From: a virus
Taxonomy: Duplodnaviria > Caudoviricetes
IMG/VR virus record: IMGVR_UViG_3300031998_000010
Strand: one strand, 5' to 3'
DNA: 64,000 nucleotides
The notes beneath the pieces are model-generated. The model had not been told where the DNA came from. It did not search any database and saw only the letters and a list, made by a program, of their open reading frames with translations. Made by a program: the position numbers and the translations under genes. Positions 29,873 through 37,659 of the stretch are shown one piece after another; the first letter of the stretch is position 1; every line of letters starts with the position of its first letter.

Positions 29873-32368
29873 TTATATATTGATATCTGTTACCTGTGTG
29901 AACATTTCATTAGTAATCTGCTGAGGTTCACCATCATTAATCCACATGGTACCACAAATCAGATTATTATTTTTCTGTCCATTTATAACTCCCGAACCTC
30001 GCTGTAAATCTCCTAATTTCAAGATGCCTTGCTGAATATCTTCCCAACATTCTTTGTTAAAATTAGGACGCATTGCAAGTGATACTTTATCTTCACCTAA
30101 GGTCTTTTCTACTACAAATTTAGGACTATATTTTAATGCGAACTTATCATTTTCTTGAACTATGCGAAACTGTAAAACACCTGTACAATTTCCAAAAGAT
30201 AGCGGATGTTTATAAGTATAATAATTACCTCGTTTTGTAGGAGTTATATCAATACTGCACATCAGCTTATTTGAATCGTCAGACAAGTATGCAAGATATT
30301 CAAGAGCATGAACTGCATTTTTGAATGTTTTCTTATCAAATGTTTTGCTATCTGATACTAAATGACCATCTAACAAAATTCTACCTCTGTAGATATCATT
30401 TTCACATATAGGATTCCCATCTTCGATAGTAACTAATATCTTTCCAATACCTTTAGCGCTTACACCGAGTGTATTACCAGATATGTCATTCAATACATTA
30501 ATCTTGCGTAAGGATACTAGATTGCTAGCAGATGCACCTATAGATGCAAATAATTTTGTTACATTTTTCTTAGGTCTATTTTTTAATTTATCTTCAGCTG
30601 ATTTAGGCGGACGAATATTCCTGTAGAAATTATCAGGCAGTCCTAATTCTTTAGCAATAAATGTTTTAATGCGAACAGTTATATCATAATCTGCACCTGA
30701 TACTATACCAATAGAATTAACAGGAAATTTCAATAATGATTGAGATTTATTGTAGTAAACTTTAATATTCTCCCCTGCAGTATCTGCATGTGAACTGATT
30801 CTAGATAATACTTTATCTTCAGGCCAATTTGATTTGAACTGCTTCTCGATATACTCACAGCTGAATTGCAAATTCATCTGCTTAGGTTGCATACATGCCA
30901 TAACAGGTTTACCATTATACTTCTTTGAGAATTCTCTGTATGCGTTTCCTAAATTCTGTCGAACATACAACGTGTTTATGAATGTACTCAACTTCACCTT
31001 AGATTGCTCAATATCATCTATAATATTTACTACTAAGGGTTCATTTGCATAATCAAAAAATCTAATTGTGGATGCATCATGTTTAAGTACGATAGCAGGA
31101 TTGAAATTAGAATACCTTGCTATACATTCATCTTTATATTTATTTAAGATATCCATGACATCATTCTTCTTTGATTTAACAGCCGTAGCTTTATTTATCC
31201 TTGCTAGTAAATCAAGCAATTCTGATTTTGATTTACTTTCATTTATCATATTGCCAGAATTATCAAGCGGCACTACTATCTTGATATTCTTAACTGGAAT
31301 TGATTTATTATTAATTACAGTAATATTGAATACACGAGCATCAAGATTAAAATTCAGCTTATACGGGGAAGTATTTGATTCATTCCACATATCTGTTAGC
31401 GTAGTTTCAACAAGGTATGCATTATACTTGAACAAATCTCTTGTATATTTACGATAATCAATTGCATAATCAGATAAGAGTGAAAGATACATCTTTGCTA
31501 CATTTAAGCAATTTGATTTAGAATAATAAGGGTCGACATCTATATTATCTTTCAGCATTTCAGCCATTGATTGCACAGTCTTTATTGCAAAAATATTATC
31601 TTCACGAGCATAGTTAGGATATGAAGAATAAAATTTTGCAATAGTTGTTATCTTATCAAAGTTTTCTGATTTCTGTAATAAAAATTTACTAGCCCACTGA
31701 GTTTGAGATATATCATCATAACTATCAAGTATCTCTATTACCTGTTTGCAACAAACTTTTATGTTATTTGTTGTCTTATTGAATATGCAATATAATGCTA
31801 GATAATCTAGCAGGTTGTAATCTGCAAAATATTGAGGAGATACTTTGCCTTCATGTTCAATTACATTTGAAATCTCTTTCATGAGGTCAAAGTATGAAGT
31901 ATCAAAATGTTCTTTTATACAAGAGGAACCTACCTGATACATTTTATCTGGAGTATCAGCTCGTCTTATATAAAATAACTTATTTCGGTCTCTACTAGTC
32001 CCACAACATGAACAATAGGATGACCTACTATTTTTTGCTATGAAGTCAAACACTTCTTGTCTATTATCGTTTGCAATATTGAATACTCTTTGTGCAGAAT
32101 CATATATGTTCATTCCATCTTCGTCAATGTGACCATCACTTGTTTTAGACCTTATTACCTGACCAACAACTTCGTATGCACCCTCAGGAACAGCTCCAAC
32201 ACTTGTTGTGTTAAAACTTATAGGTTTAGATATGCCACTGATATCTAAAATCTCGGCATCTTTGTCATAACTTATGTTAGGAGTTACACTATCATGACTT
32301 TCTGCATACTTATTGATGATGTGTTTGATTATCTGATACTTCTTTAGGGTTATATTTTTGTATTTCAT
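29873..32368 (-). CDS. Large hypothetical protein with CxxC...GSSC motif
   Basis: 831 aa; CSCCGTSRDR...YQVGSSC. Confidence 0.65.
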   Translation of the reverse strand: MKYKNITLKKYQIIKHIINKYAESHDSVTPNISYDKDAEILDISGISKPISFNTTSVGAVPEGAYEVVGQVIRSKTSDGHIDEDGMNIYDSAQRVFNIANDNRQEVFDFIAKNSRSSYCSCCGTSRDRNKLFYIRRADTPDKMYQVGSSCIKEHFDTSYFDLMKEISNVIEHEGKVSPQYFADYNLLDYLALYCIFNKTTNNIKVCCKQVIEILDSYDDISQTQWASKFLLQKSENFDKITTIAKFYSSYPNYAREDNIFAIKTVQSMAEMLKDNIDVDPYYSKSNCLNVAKMYLSLLSDYAIDYRKYTRDLFKYNAYLVETTLTDMWNESNTSPYKLNFNLDARVFNITVINNKSIPVKNIKIVVPLDNSGNMINESKSKSELLDLLARINKATAVKSKKNDVMDILNKYKDECIARYSNFNPAIVLKHDASTIRFFDYANEPLVVNIIDDIEQSKVKLSTFINTLYVRQNLGNAYREFSKKYNGKPVMACMQPKQMNLQFSCEYIEKQFKSNWPEDKVLSRISSHADTAGENIKVYYNKSQSLLKFPVNSIGIVSGADYDITVRIKTFIAKELGLPDNFYRNIRPPKSAEDKLKNRPKKNVTKLFASIGASASNLVSLRKINVLNDISGNTLGVSAKGIGKILVTIEDGNPICENDIYRGRILLDGHLVSDSKTFDKKTFKNAVHALEYLAYLSDDSNKLMCSIDITPTKRGNYYTYKHPLSFGNCTGVLQFRIVQENDKFALKYSPKFVVEKTLGEDKVSLAMRPNFNKECWEDIQQGILKLGDLQRGSGVINGQKNNNLICGTMWINDGEPQQITNEMFTQVTDINI

Positions 32369-32429
32369 ACCTGGTACCTCTTGTACTTTTGATGTATAGA
32401 TACTTACACATAGTATAACGATTCTAAAA

Positions 32430-32519
32430 TAAGAAAACCTCCTTCGGAGGTGACGAAGAAGGTTTGCTTGAAAGGAGGTTGTCCAATATGACCATGAACA
32501 ACATACGAATTATTGATGC
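32430..32519 (-). ncRNA. Candidate late small RNA with anti-Shine-Dalgarno motifs
   Basis: Between motif B (32527-32535) and a terminator (32435-32465); contains ACCUCCUUUC and loop UCACCUCC. Confidence 0.35.
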
Positions 32520-32534
32520 AATAATAATAAAGGT

Positions 32535-34319
32535 TTACACATTTATCAAAATATCCTGTGCATTAGTACATTCTTTAACTCCGGCTAAGATAAACTGAAT
32601 ATTAGGAATATTTTTCAAAGTAGCGAATGTATTTTCTATTGATGTAGAATCTAAATGGTCAAATGCATCATCAAGTAGTAAGAGCTTAAGTGGTGACTTG
32701 CTACTATTGATTATACAAATCATCAAAGCTAAGCTGTATGAACATTTTTCACCAGAAGATAACATATCATAAGGAATATAAACTCCATTTCTGACTAATC
32801 CAAAACTGAATGAATTTGCTTTGTTTGATATATTGAAATGAGCCTTTAAATCGCTATTACCATACATCTTTTGAATATATTCTGTCATACCTGCTGCTAA
32901 TTCATCAAATGGTTTAATCATCAGTGTTGTCTGAAGTCCATTAGTGTCTGTTTTCTTAACCCAGTTAGACAATGCTTGACCCTTTAATTCTGCTTCATAT
33001 TTCAGTTTAGTTATAGTTTCAATAGTTTCATTATAACGAATATTTGCTTCTAATTTGTTCTTACTTTCTGTTAAAACAGATATCTCTTGGTCTAAATCAA
33101 ATACAGTCTTATCTGTTTCAGGTTTCTGAGGTAAATCTTGCATAGTCTTTTCAAGAGTTACTACTCTATTCCAAGTTGTCAAGAAATCATTTATACTAGA
33201 TTCGCATTTTCTAATACTGACATGTAATTCATTTAACTTCGTAGAATCTATTTCTATTTCTTTAGACAATTCAAGATTACGAGCTTTTCTTTTAACAGAT
33301 TCATTTCGTATATCATCAATTTTTGCAACAATAGATTTACAAGATTCATTTGTATAGGGACATATTCCCTTACTCTGTATAATTGAATCAGCAGTAGCAT
33401 CTGTAGCTCTTAATGCAGAGAGTGCATTCTGCTTATTAGAAATTAATTGAGATAATTCATTATATTCTTGTTTAAGTTGAGGAAGTTTAGCATTAAGTTC
33501 GTCATAAGCATCATGACCTCCCATATCTGCTATATCTTGATTGAGATGGGCTAATTCTTCTGATGCTGATTTTGTAGCCTCACAAGCTGAATTGTATCTG
33601 ATAAGTTGGTCTCGTAAAGCTCCAAGTGAAAGTAAGTTAGAATTTATTTCTGCTAAATTAGTAGGACCACAATAATCATCATAATAAATAAGTGAATCAA
33701 TTGTATTCTGCAACCTTTGTATTTCTGACTTATTAAAAGATTGCTCATTTTTGAATAATGTATTTGCCTGAATAACTTGGTCTAATATTTCTCCATCTAG
33801 GTTAGAAATCAATGAAAGGCCATATTCAACCATTGAATTTCTATCTTCAAAGTTGCAATCTATAATACTTTCTGTCAGTATCTGATTCCAATTCAAAGTA
33901 CCATTTGTTGTGGGAAGAATATTCTTAATAAAATACTCCTTCAACTTATTAGCGGTTTGACCTACAAACTCATTAAAATTGAAAATAGGTAATTCAAGTT
34001 CTTTTGTAATATCAGCAAGTTCAACTGTTCCCGGTTGAACATCAACCTGATTCATATTCTTATTTATTCTTCGAGTAATGGTAACACCATCTAAATTCAA
34101 CTTAACAGTGATATCACCTTTTGGAGAATGGCGGAGTATAGCTTCTTTTGAATTTTTAGCCGTTCCTGGAATATAACCCAGCAAAGCAAATTGGATAGCT
34201 TGGAGTACAGTAGATTTTCCTGCTCCATTATGCCCAAAGAGATAGGTTATATCTCCAAAATCATAAGTTTTATTTACGGCGTTATGCAGACCGTCTATGT
34301 AAATTGAATTAATTTTCAT
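32535..34319 (-). CDS. SMC/Rad50/SbcC-like ATPase (gp46-like)
   Basis: GHNGAGKST, coiled coils, central CPY hook-like motif, LSSGE, LLLDDAFDHLD. Confidence 0.88.
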   Translation of the reverse strand: MKINSIYIDGLHNAVNKTYDFGDITYLFGHNGAGKSTVLQAIQFALLGYIPGTAKNSKEAILRHSPKGDITVKLNLDGVTITRRINKNMNQVDVQPGTVELADITKELELPIFNFNEFVGQTANKLKEYFIKNILPTTNGTLNWNQILTESIIDCNFEDRNSMVEYGLSLISNLDGEILDQVIQANTLFKNEQSFNKSEIQRLQNTIDSLIYYDDYCGPTNLAEINSNLLSLGALRDQLIRYNSACEATKSASEELAHLNQDIADMGGHDAYDELNAKLPQLKQEYNELSQLISNKQNALSALRATDATADSIIQSKGICPYTNESCKSIVAKIDDIRNESVKRKARNLELSKEIEIDSTKLNELHVSIRKCESSINDFLTTWNRVVTLEKTMQDLPQKPETDKTVFDLDQEISVLTESKNKLEANIRYNETIETITKLKYEAELKGQALSNWVKKTDTNGLQTTLMIKPFDELAAGMTEYIQKMYGNSDLKAHFNISNKANSFSFGLVRNGVYIPYDMLSSGEKCSYSLALMICIINSSKSPLKLLLLDDAFDHLDSTSIENTFATLKNIPNIQFILAGVKECTNAQDILINV

Positions 34320-34473
34320 GTGTCCTCCTTAAATCATCATTCCAGAACTCACATTCTGTAAATAATGCAAAGCTATGGTCTAACCAATACTGTTTGATAT
34401 TGCTTTGATTCCGCTCACAATTCTTATTAGGGCACTTAGCATATCCACAAAATGTTATATCTTCGCTTGACAT
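34309..34473 (-). CDS. Small Cys-rich protein (54 aa, not in ORF track)
   Basis: MSSEDITFCGYAKCPNKNCER; AGAGG RBS; motif A upstream. Confidence 0.55.
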   Translation of the reverse strand: MSSEDITFCGYAKCPNKNCERNQSNIKQYWLDHSFALFTECEFWNDDLRRTHEN

Positions 34474-34540
34474 CTGCGTATTCCTCTGTATCTATATATT
34501 CCTTGCATTTTGCAAGATAAGTATAATAACGATTTGGGAG

Positions 34541-34762
34541 TTATTTCTTCTTCCACCAAGGCACTTTCTTTGCACCTTTTAATTTTTCAATTTCGTCAAT
34601 TCGGTCTTCTTCGTCAAATTTCTTCTTGTAATAATCAAGATTTTCAATTATATCATCTAATTCATCAGAAGTTAGACCTACCTGCTGACGAATTTGCACA
34701 TAATTATATACACCGGAATCAACTAATTTTTCTACAGACCTAAATTGAAACTTTGTAATCAT
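34541..34762 (-). CDS. Hypothetical protein
   Basis: 73 aa ending KKVPWWKKK. Confidence 0.55.
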   Translation of the reverse strand: MITKFQFRSVEKLVDSGVYNYVQIRQQVGLTSDELDDIIENLDYYKKKFDEEDRIDEIEKLKGAKKVPWWKKK

Positions 34763-34992
34763 TCTTCTTTATTCTCTTCAAGGAAATTATAGTTTTTACA
34801 TTTTCTTTTAACACACTTATGTAGTATCGACTGATTTTTAGTTAAGTATGCTTGATAATGTGTGCAGTAAGCATAAGGTCTACAAGTAGGATTGCCATCT
34901 ACTGTTAAGTAGTATTTGTCTAATCTAGCAACTCCTTCATTATTTATTTTGTGCCTTTGTCTTTGAGCTTTAATATTTCCTTGCTTCTTCAT
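34759..34992 (-). CDS. Hypothetical basic Cys/His protein
   Basis: Start revised to MKKQG; YC..H..YLT....HKC...C. Confidence 0.55.
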   Translation of the reverse strand: MKKQGNIKAQRQRHKINNEGVARLDKYYLTVDGNPTCRPYAYCTHYQAYLTKNQSILHKCVKRKCKNYNFLEENKEE

Positions 34993-35018
34993 GTTTGCCT
35001 CTAACCATATGAAAGGTG

Positions 35019-35058
35019 GGAGGCTCAACCTCCCTTGTCGGAGTATTTCCGAGTTCCC
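35019..35058 (-). ncRNA. Duplicated RNA motif D copy 1 (GGGAAC-stem-CAA-GGAGG-UUGAG-CCUCC)
   Basis: Second copy at 35301-35349 with a compensated stem. Confidence 0.55.
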
Positions 35059-35260
35059 TCTATTTCATTTGTATACCGCAAATATGAGGTGAATGGATTA
35101 TTGCAATTCTCCAATGCGGTTTTGTTACGCAAGATTGTCATCTCTTTATTTCCTAGCACCGTAACATGTACTGTGTATCTTCCCTTATCGAAGTAAGATA
35201 TAAGTACGCCTCATTGTCGTTGAAGGTACGTCTCGTTGTGACATGAGGTGAGATGACCTC

Positions 35261-35296
35261 TGGTGATAGGTTTTTAATAAGCTACCTATCAAACTT
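35261..35296 (-). repeat. CCA-ended hairpin repeat R, copy 1
   Basis: AAGTTTGATAGGTAGCTTATTAAAAACCTATCACCA. Confidence 0.8.
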
Positions 35297-35300
35297 ATCT

Positions 35301-35349
35301 GGAGGCTCAACCTCCTTTGTTAGAGTTATCAGGTATTCTCTAAGTTCCC
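35301..35349 (-). ncRNA. Duplicated RNA motif D copy 2
   Basis: GGGAAC-TTAGAG..CTCTAA-CAAAGGAGGTTGAGCCTCC. Confidence 0.55.
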
Positions 35350-35547
35350 GCTACCCAAACCTGATTAGCACAAGGACGGTGTTAGGCTGTGAAAACGGTG
35401 GGTGACTAATCCTTTTGGCATTTAGGAAACCGTGACTCCCTTTTATTCATACTCTTTGTTTTACAAGGCGATGCCTACCTTTAGCACTATATCGATGCCA
35501 CCCGCTGAAGTTTCGCAGTCACGCAAGGTATTCAGAATATACCTTTT

Positions 35548-35662
35548 TGGTGAAGAAGGATAGGATTTGCACCTATCAGCGATAACATTCCTAGCCTGAC
35601 TCAACCTCATTGTGAGTAGTTATCATTACAGGATAACCTGTCTGCTATTCCAGCACTTCTTC
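35548..35662 (-). ncRNA. tRNA-like RNA TL1 (Tyr-like GTA loop, ~40 nt extra arm, 6-bp T stem)
   Basis: GAAGAAG/CTTCTTC-A-CCA; TTATC-CTGTAAT-GATAA; GATAGG-TGCAAAT-CCTATC. Confidence 0.7.
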
Positions 35663-35776
35663 ATATAACAGTTTTCATATTGAAAACTTCGGCTTTACCT
35701 ATAAAAGTCACACCCTCGACGCGGAGTGTACGGAATTTCTTATTGAAATGTCTAAAGTCACGTCTATATGACGATT

Positions 35777-35927
35777 TGGTGAAGTAGAGAGGATTCGAAC
35801 CTCTATGTCCTTGATATTGCACCTGCACCCCCAAGAGTCGAACTTGGAGATAGCCGAACTCGAATCGACTCTCACTCAGACTCGTTACTACCGTTCACTT
35901 AGCATTCACCCACTCTGCCACTACTTC
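35777..35927 (-). ncRNA. tRNA-like RNA TL2 (no clear anticodon arm; ~95 nt insert with two extra T-loop hairpins)
   Basis: GAAGTAG/CTACTTC-A-CCA; D arm TGGCAGAGTGGGTGAATGC; AGAGG-TTCGAAT-CCTCT. Confidence 0.7.
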
Positions 35928-36088
35928 ATATAATGCAGATTTGTTTATCGTAAACCTCTTAGGTCACGTTCACCCGTATGAATACTGTTAGAAGTTCTGC
36001 TTCTCCTAGGTACTGCCGTTATTTCGTGTGCTATACCGTATCTCCACGCTAAGATTTTTCTAGAAGAGGTACTTAGGATTAACCTCAT

Positions 36089-36162
36089 TGGCAAGAACAC
36101 AAGGATTTGAACCCTGACTAGCGGTTTTGGAGACCGATGTGCTACCGTTACACCATGTCCTT
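36089..36162 (-). tRNA. tRNA-Trp(CCA)
   Basis: AAGGACA/TGTTCTT-G-CCA, CGGT-CTCCAAA-ACCG, CAGGG-TTCAAAT-CCTTG. Confidence 0.92.
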
Positions 36163-36350
36163 GTATTTGCAAAGATTGCTTTGGCGTTGCTTATAAAATA
36201 ATCAGAACCCTAGGCATACGATTATTTTGGTCAGATGTCTTTGCGGTCATCTCAGTAGATTAGAGTTCTACCATCTCGATTTCCTTGCTTTCGGAGACTG
36301 AAATCAACTCCGCTTGTGTATTTAGCCGAGGAACACAAGAAAAACCTTAT

Positions 36351-36447
36351 TGGTGAAGTAGGTTAGGACTCGAACCTAACAGCTTTCGGATAGTTTTCCG
36401 TCATAATAATTATGACCACCTCGCGTCTACCTTTGCGCCACTACTCC
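36351..36447 (-). ncRNA. tRNA-like RNA TL3 (non-canonical central arms, 6-bp T stem)
   Basis: GGAGTAG/CTACTTC-A-CCA; TGGCGCAAAGGTAGACGC; GTTAGG-TTCGAGT-CCTAAC. Confidence 0.7.
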
Positions 36448-36552
36448 ATATTTTAGTATAACCAAGCCATCTCCCAACAGTTATACTGTACTCCGCACCG
36501 TCCGATTTCTACAACCTCGGTCAAGGGTTTTGACTAGACGGAGTGTCCCAAT

Positions 36553-36649
36553 TTGTGAAGTAGGTTAGGATTTGAACCTAACTTAGATATAAATATCCCA
36601 TCCAAATTCTATAAGAATCCGACTGCGTATGCCATTCCGCCACTACTTC
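36553..36649 (-). ncRNA. tRNA-like RNA TL4 (Leu-like D arm, elongated anticodon-position stem, 6-bp T stem, ends ACAA)
   Basis: GAAGTAG/CTACTTC; TGGCGGAATGGCATACGC; GTTAGG-TTCAAAT-CCTAAC. Confidence 0.7.
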
Positions 36650-36820
36650 ATATCTAATGTGAGTGTGGAGAATCCCCCGAAGTCATCTGCCTCTTCGTAT
36701 TTCCATGTCATTAGGTAGCACTCACAACTACCTGACACTCTAACGGCGAGTGACTACCGCCCTACTGCTCGACATAATCTGCTAAAGAGATTAGCCTTTG
36801 CGCTAACGCAGTATAGGAAT

Positions 36821-36905
36821 TGGCAAGATGGTTCAAGCGTCAGGGCGCGAACCCTCCGTTACTCTCATTTAAGTTAGTACGAACTTGAACGAACTAACCC
36901 ATCTT
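36821..36905 (-). ncRNA. CCA-ended structured RNA (non-cloverleaf)
   Basis: AAGATGG/CCATCTT-G-CCA closing stem; AGGG-TTCGCG-CCCT hairpin; possible TTCAAG/CTTGAA pseudoknot. Confidence 0.6.
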
Positions 36906-36941
36906 TGGTAATAGGTTTTAAAGAGATACCTATATAAACTC
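36906..36941 (-). repeat. CCA-ended hairpin repeat R, copy 2
   Basis: GAGTTTATATAGGTATCTCTTTAAAACCTATTACCA. Confidence 0.75.
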
Positions 36942-36942
36942 T

Positions 36943-37033
36943 TGGTGGGAGTGGCTTATAGTCATATTTGCAAACCCTTGTTTCTCCAAATATTCGTATG
37001 ATATCCTACGAGATATTCAGATTGACTACTCCC
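36943..37033 (-). ncRNA. CCA-ended structured RNA (non-cloverleaf)
   Basis: GGGAGT/ACTCCC-A-CCA closing stem, TAGTCA/TGACTA inner stem. Confidence 0.6.
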
Positions 37034-37069
37034 TGGTGATAGGTTTTTAGACAAGAACCTACCAAACTT
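37034..37069 (-). repeat. CCA-ended hairpin repeat R, copy 3
   Basis: AAGTTTGGTAGGTTCTTGTCTAAAAACCTATCACCA. Confidence 0.8.
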
Positions 37070-37187
37070 GCGTAGACAATGAAGCAACTATCACTCTACG
37101 GCGGCTCATATTCATTTATATAGCACTCCGAATCTCTTAATAAAGATTAACCTCGTCGGGTTGGTTGCATAGCCATCCGAGTGCTTT

Positions 37188-37222
37188 TGGTGATAAGTTT
37201 TTGAAGAGAACCTACCAAACTC
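37188..37222 (-). repeat. CCA-ended hairpin repeat R, copy 4
   Basis: GAGTTTGGTAGGTTCTCTTCAAAAACTTATCACCA. Confidence 0.8.
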
Positions 37223-37285
37223 TATTCAAGGCACGTTGTGTTTCACTTGCTTTTATATTTTATGTATAATTGCTGTATGTGCCTT

Positions 37286-37320
37286 TGGCGATAGATTTTT
37301 AATAAGAATCTACCAAACTT
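37286..37320 (-). repeat. CCA-ended hairpin repeat R, copy 5
   Basis: AAGTTTGGTAGATTCTTATTAAAAATCTATCGCCA. Confidence 0.8.
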
Positions 37321-37331
37321 ACTATTAAATT

Positions 37332-37340
37332 ATCAAGGTT
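37332..37340 (-). promoter_or_regulatory. Motif B-like (AACCTTGATAAT) directly upstream of the R array
   Basis: Motif start lies 20 nt before repeat copy 5. Confidence 0.5.
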
Positions 37341-37344
37341 CACA

Positions 37345-37460
37345 TATAACCGCCAACCCTCAAATCAGAAGATACCAATATCTGTATGTGGTGACATTTC
37401 AAGCGATAAGGCTATATATTGGCTATATCCACACCCCTAATTTGAGGGGTGGCGGTTACA
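37345..37460 (-). ncRNA. Rod-shaped RNA with long terminal stem and internal bubble
   Basis: TAACCGCCA-CCCCTCAAAT pairs with ATTTGAGGG-T-TGGCGGTTA; inner CCAATAT/ATATTGG; starts just after motif A. Confidence 0.6.
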
Positions 37461-37467
37461 TATATTA

Positions 37468-37475
37468 TAACGATT
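37468..37475 (-). promoter_or_regulatory. Motif A (AATCGTTATAAT) heading the RNA cluster
   Basis: Full consensus, overlaps the stop codon of the upstream ORF. Confidence 0.65.
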
Positions 37476-37629
37476 ATCCTTTCGGTTCTTTTTTCATCGG
37501 GTTTTCGATGAAATGGTCTTCTTTATGCAAAAGACAAGAAGTAAGTTCTGCATCGTTCAGACAACATACTGAATGTAATCCGTTTTCCGAAACTACTGTC
37601 CTTGCGTTTAAACATCTATCGCATCGCAT
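37474..37629 (-). CDS. Small Cys-rich protein (51 aa, not in ORF track)
   Basis: MRCDRCLNARTVVSENG...; AAGGAGG RBS; motif A at 37654. Confidence 0.6.
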   Translation of the reverse strand: MRCDRCLNARTVVSENGLHSVCCLNDAELTSCLLHKEDHFIENPMKKEPKG

Positions 37630-37659
37630 TGTTATATCCTCCTTCAGATATAATAACGA

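Noticed and set aside
35777-35927. tmRNA or intron-containing tRNA
   Set aside because: No G3-U70 alanine acceptor or tag ORF; the insert is far too short for a group I intron, and no split anticodon arm is evident
35945-36172. 75-aa minus-strand ORF, and similarly the plus-strand ORF 37388..37675
   Set aside because: They run through tRNA-Trp and the rod RNA; no RBS; better explained as RNA genes
35400-36820. HDV-like (theta) or hammerhead ribozymes beside the tRNAs
   Set aside because: I could not identify the nested double pseudoknot or a CUGANGA/GAAA core by eye; a motif search is needed to exclude them formally
36906-37320. CRISPR array (35-36 nt hairpin repeats)
   Set aside because: Spacers are 63-118 nt, unequal and self-structured; repeats are degenerate with covariation; a fifth copy lies 1.6 kb away; no cas genes in the window
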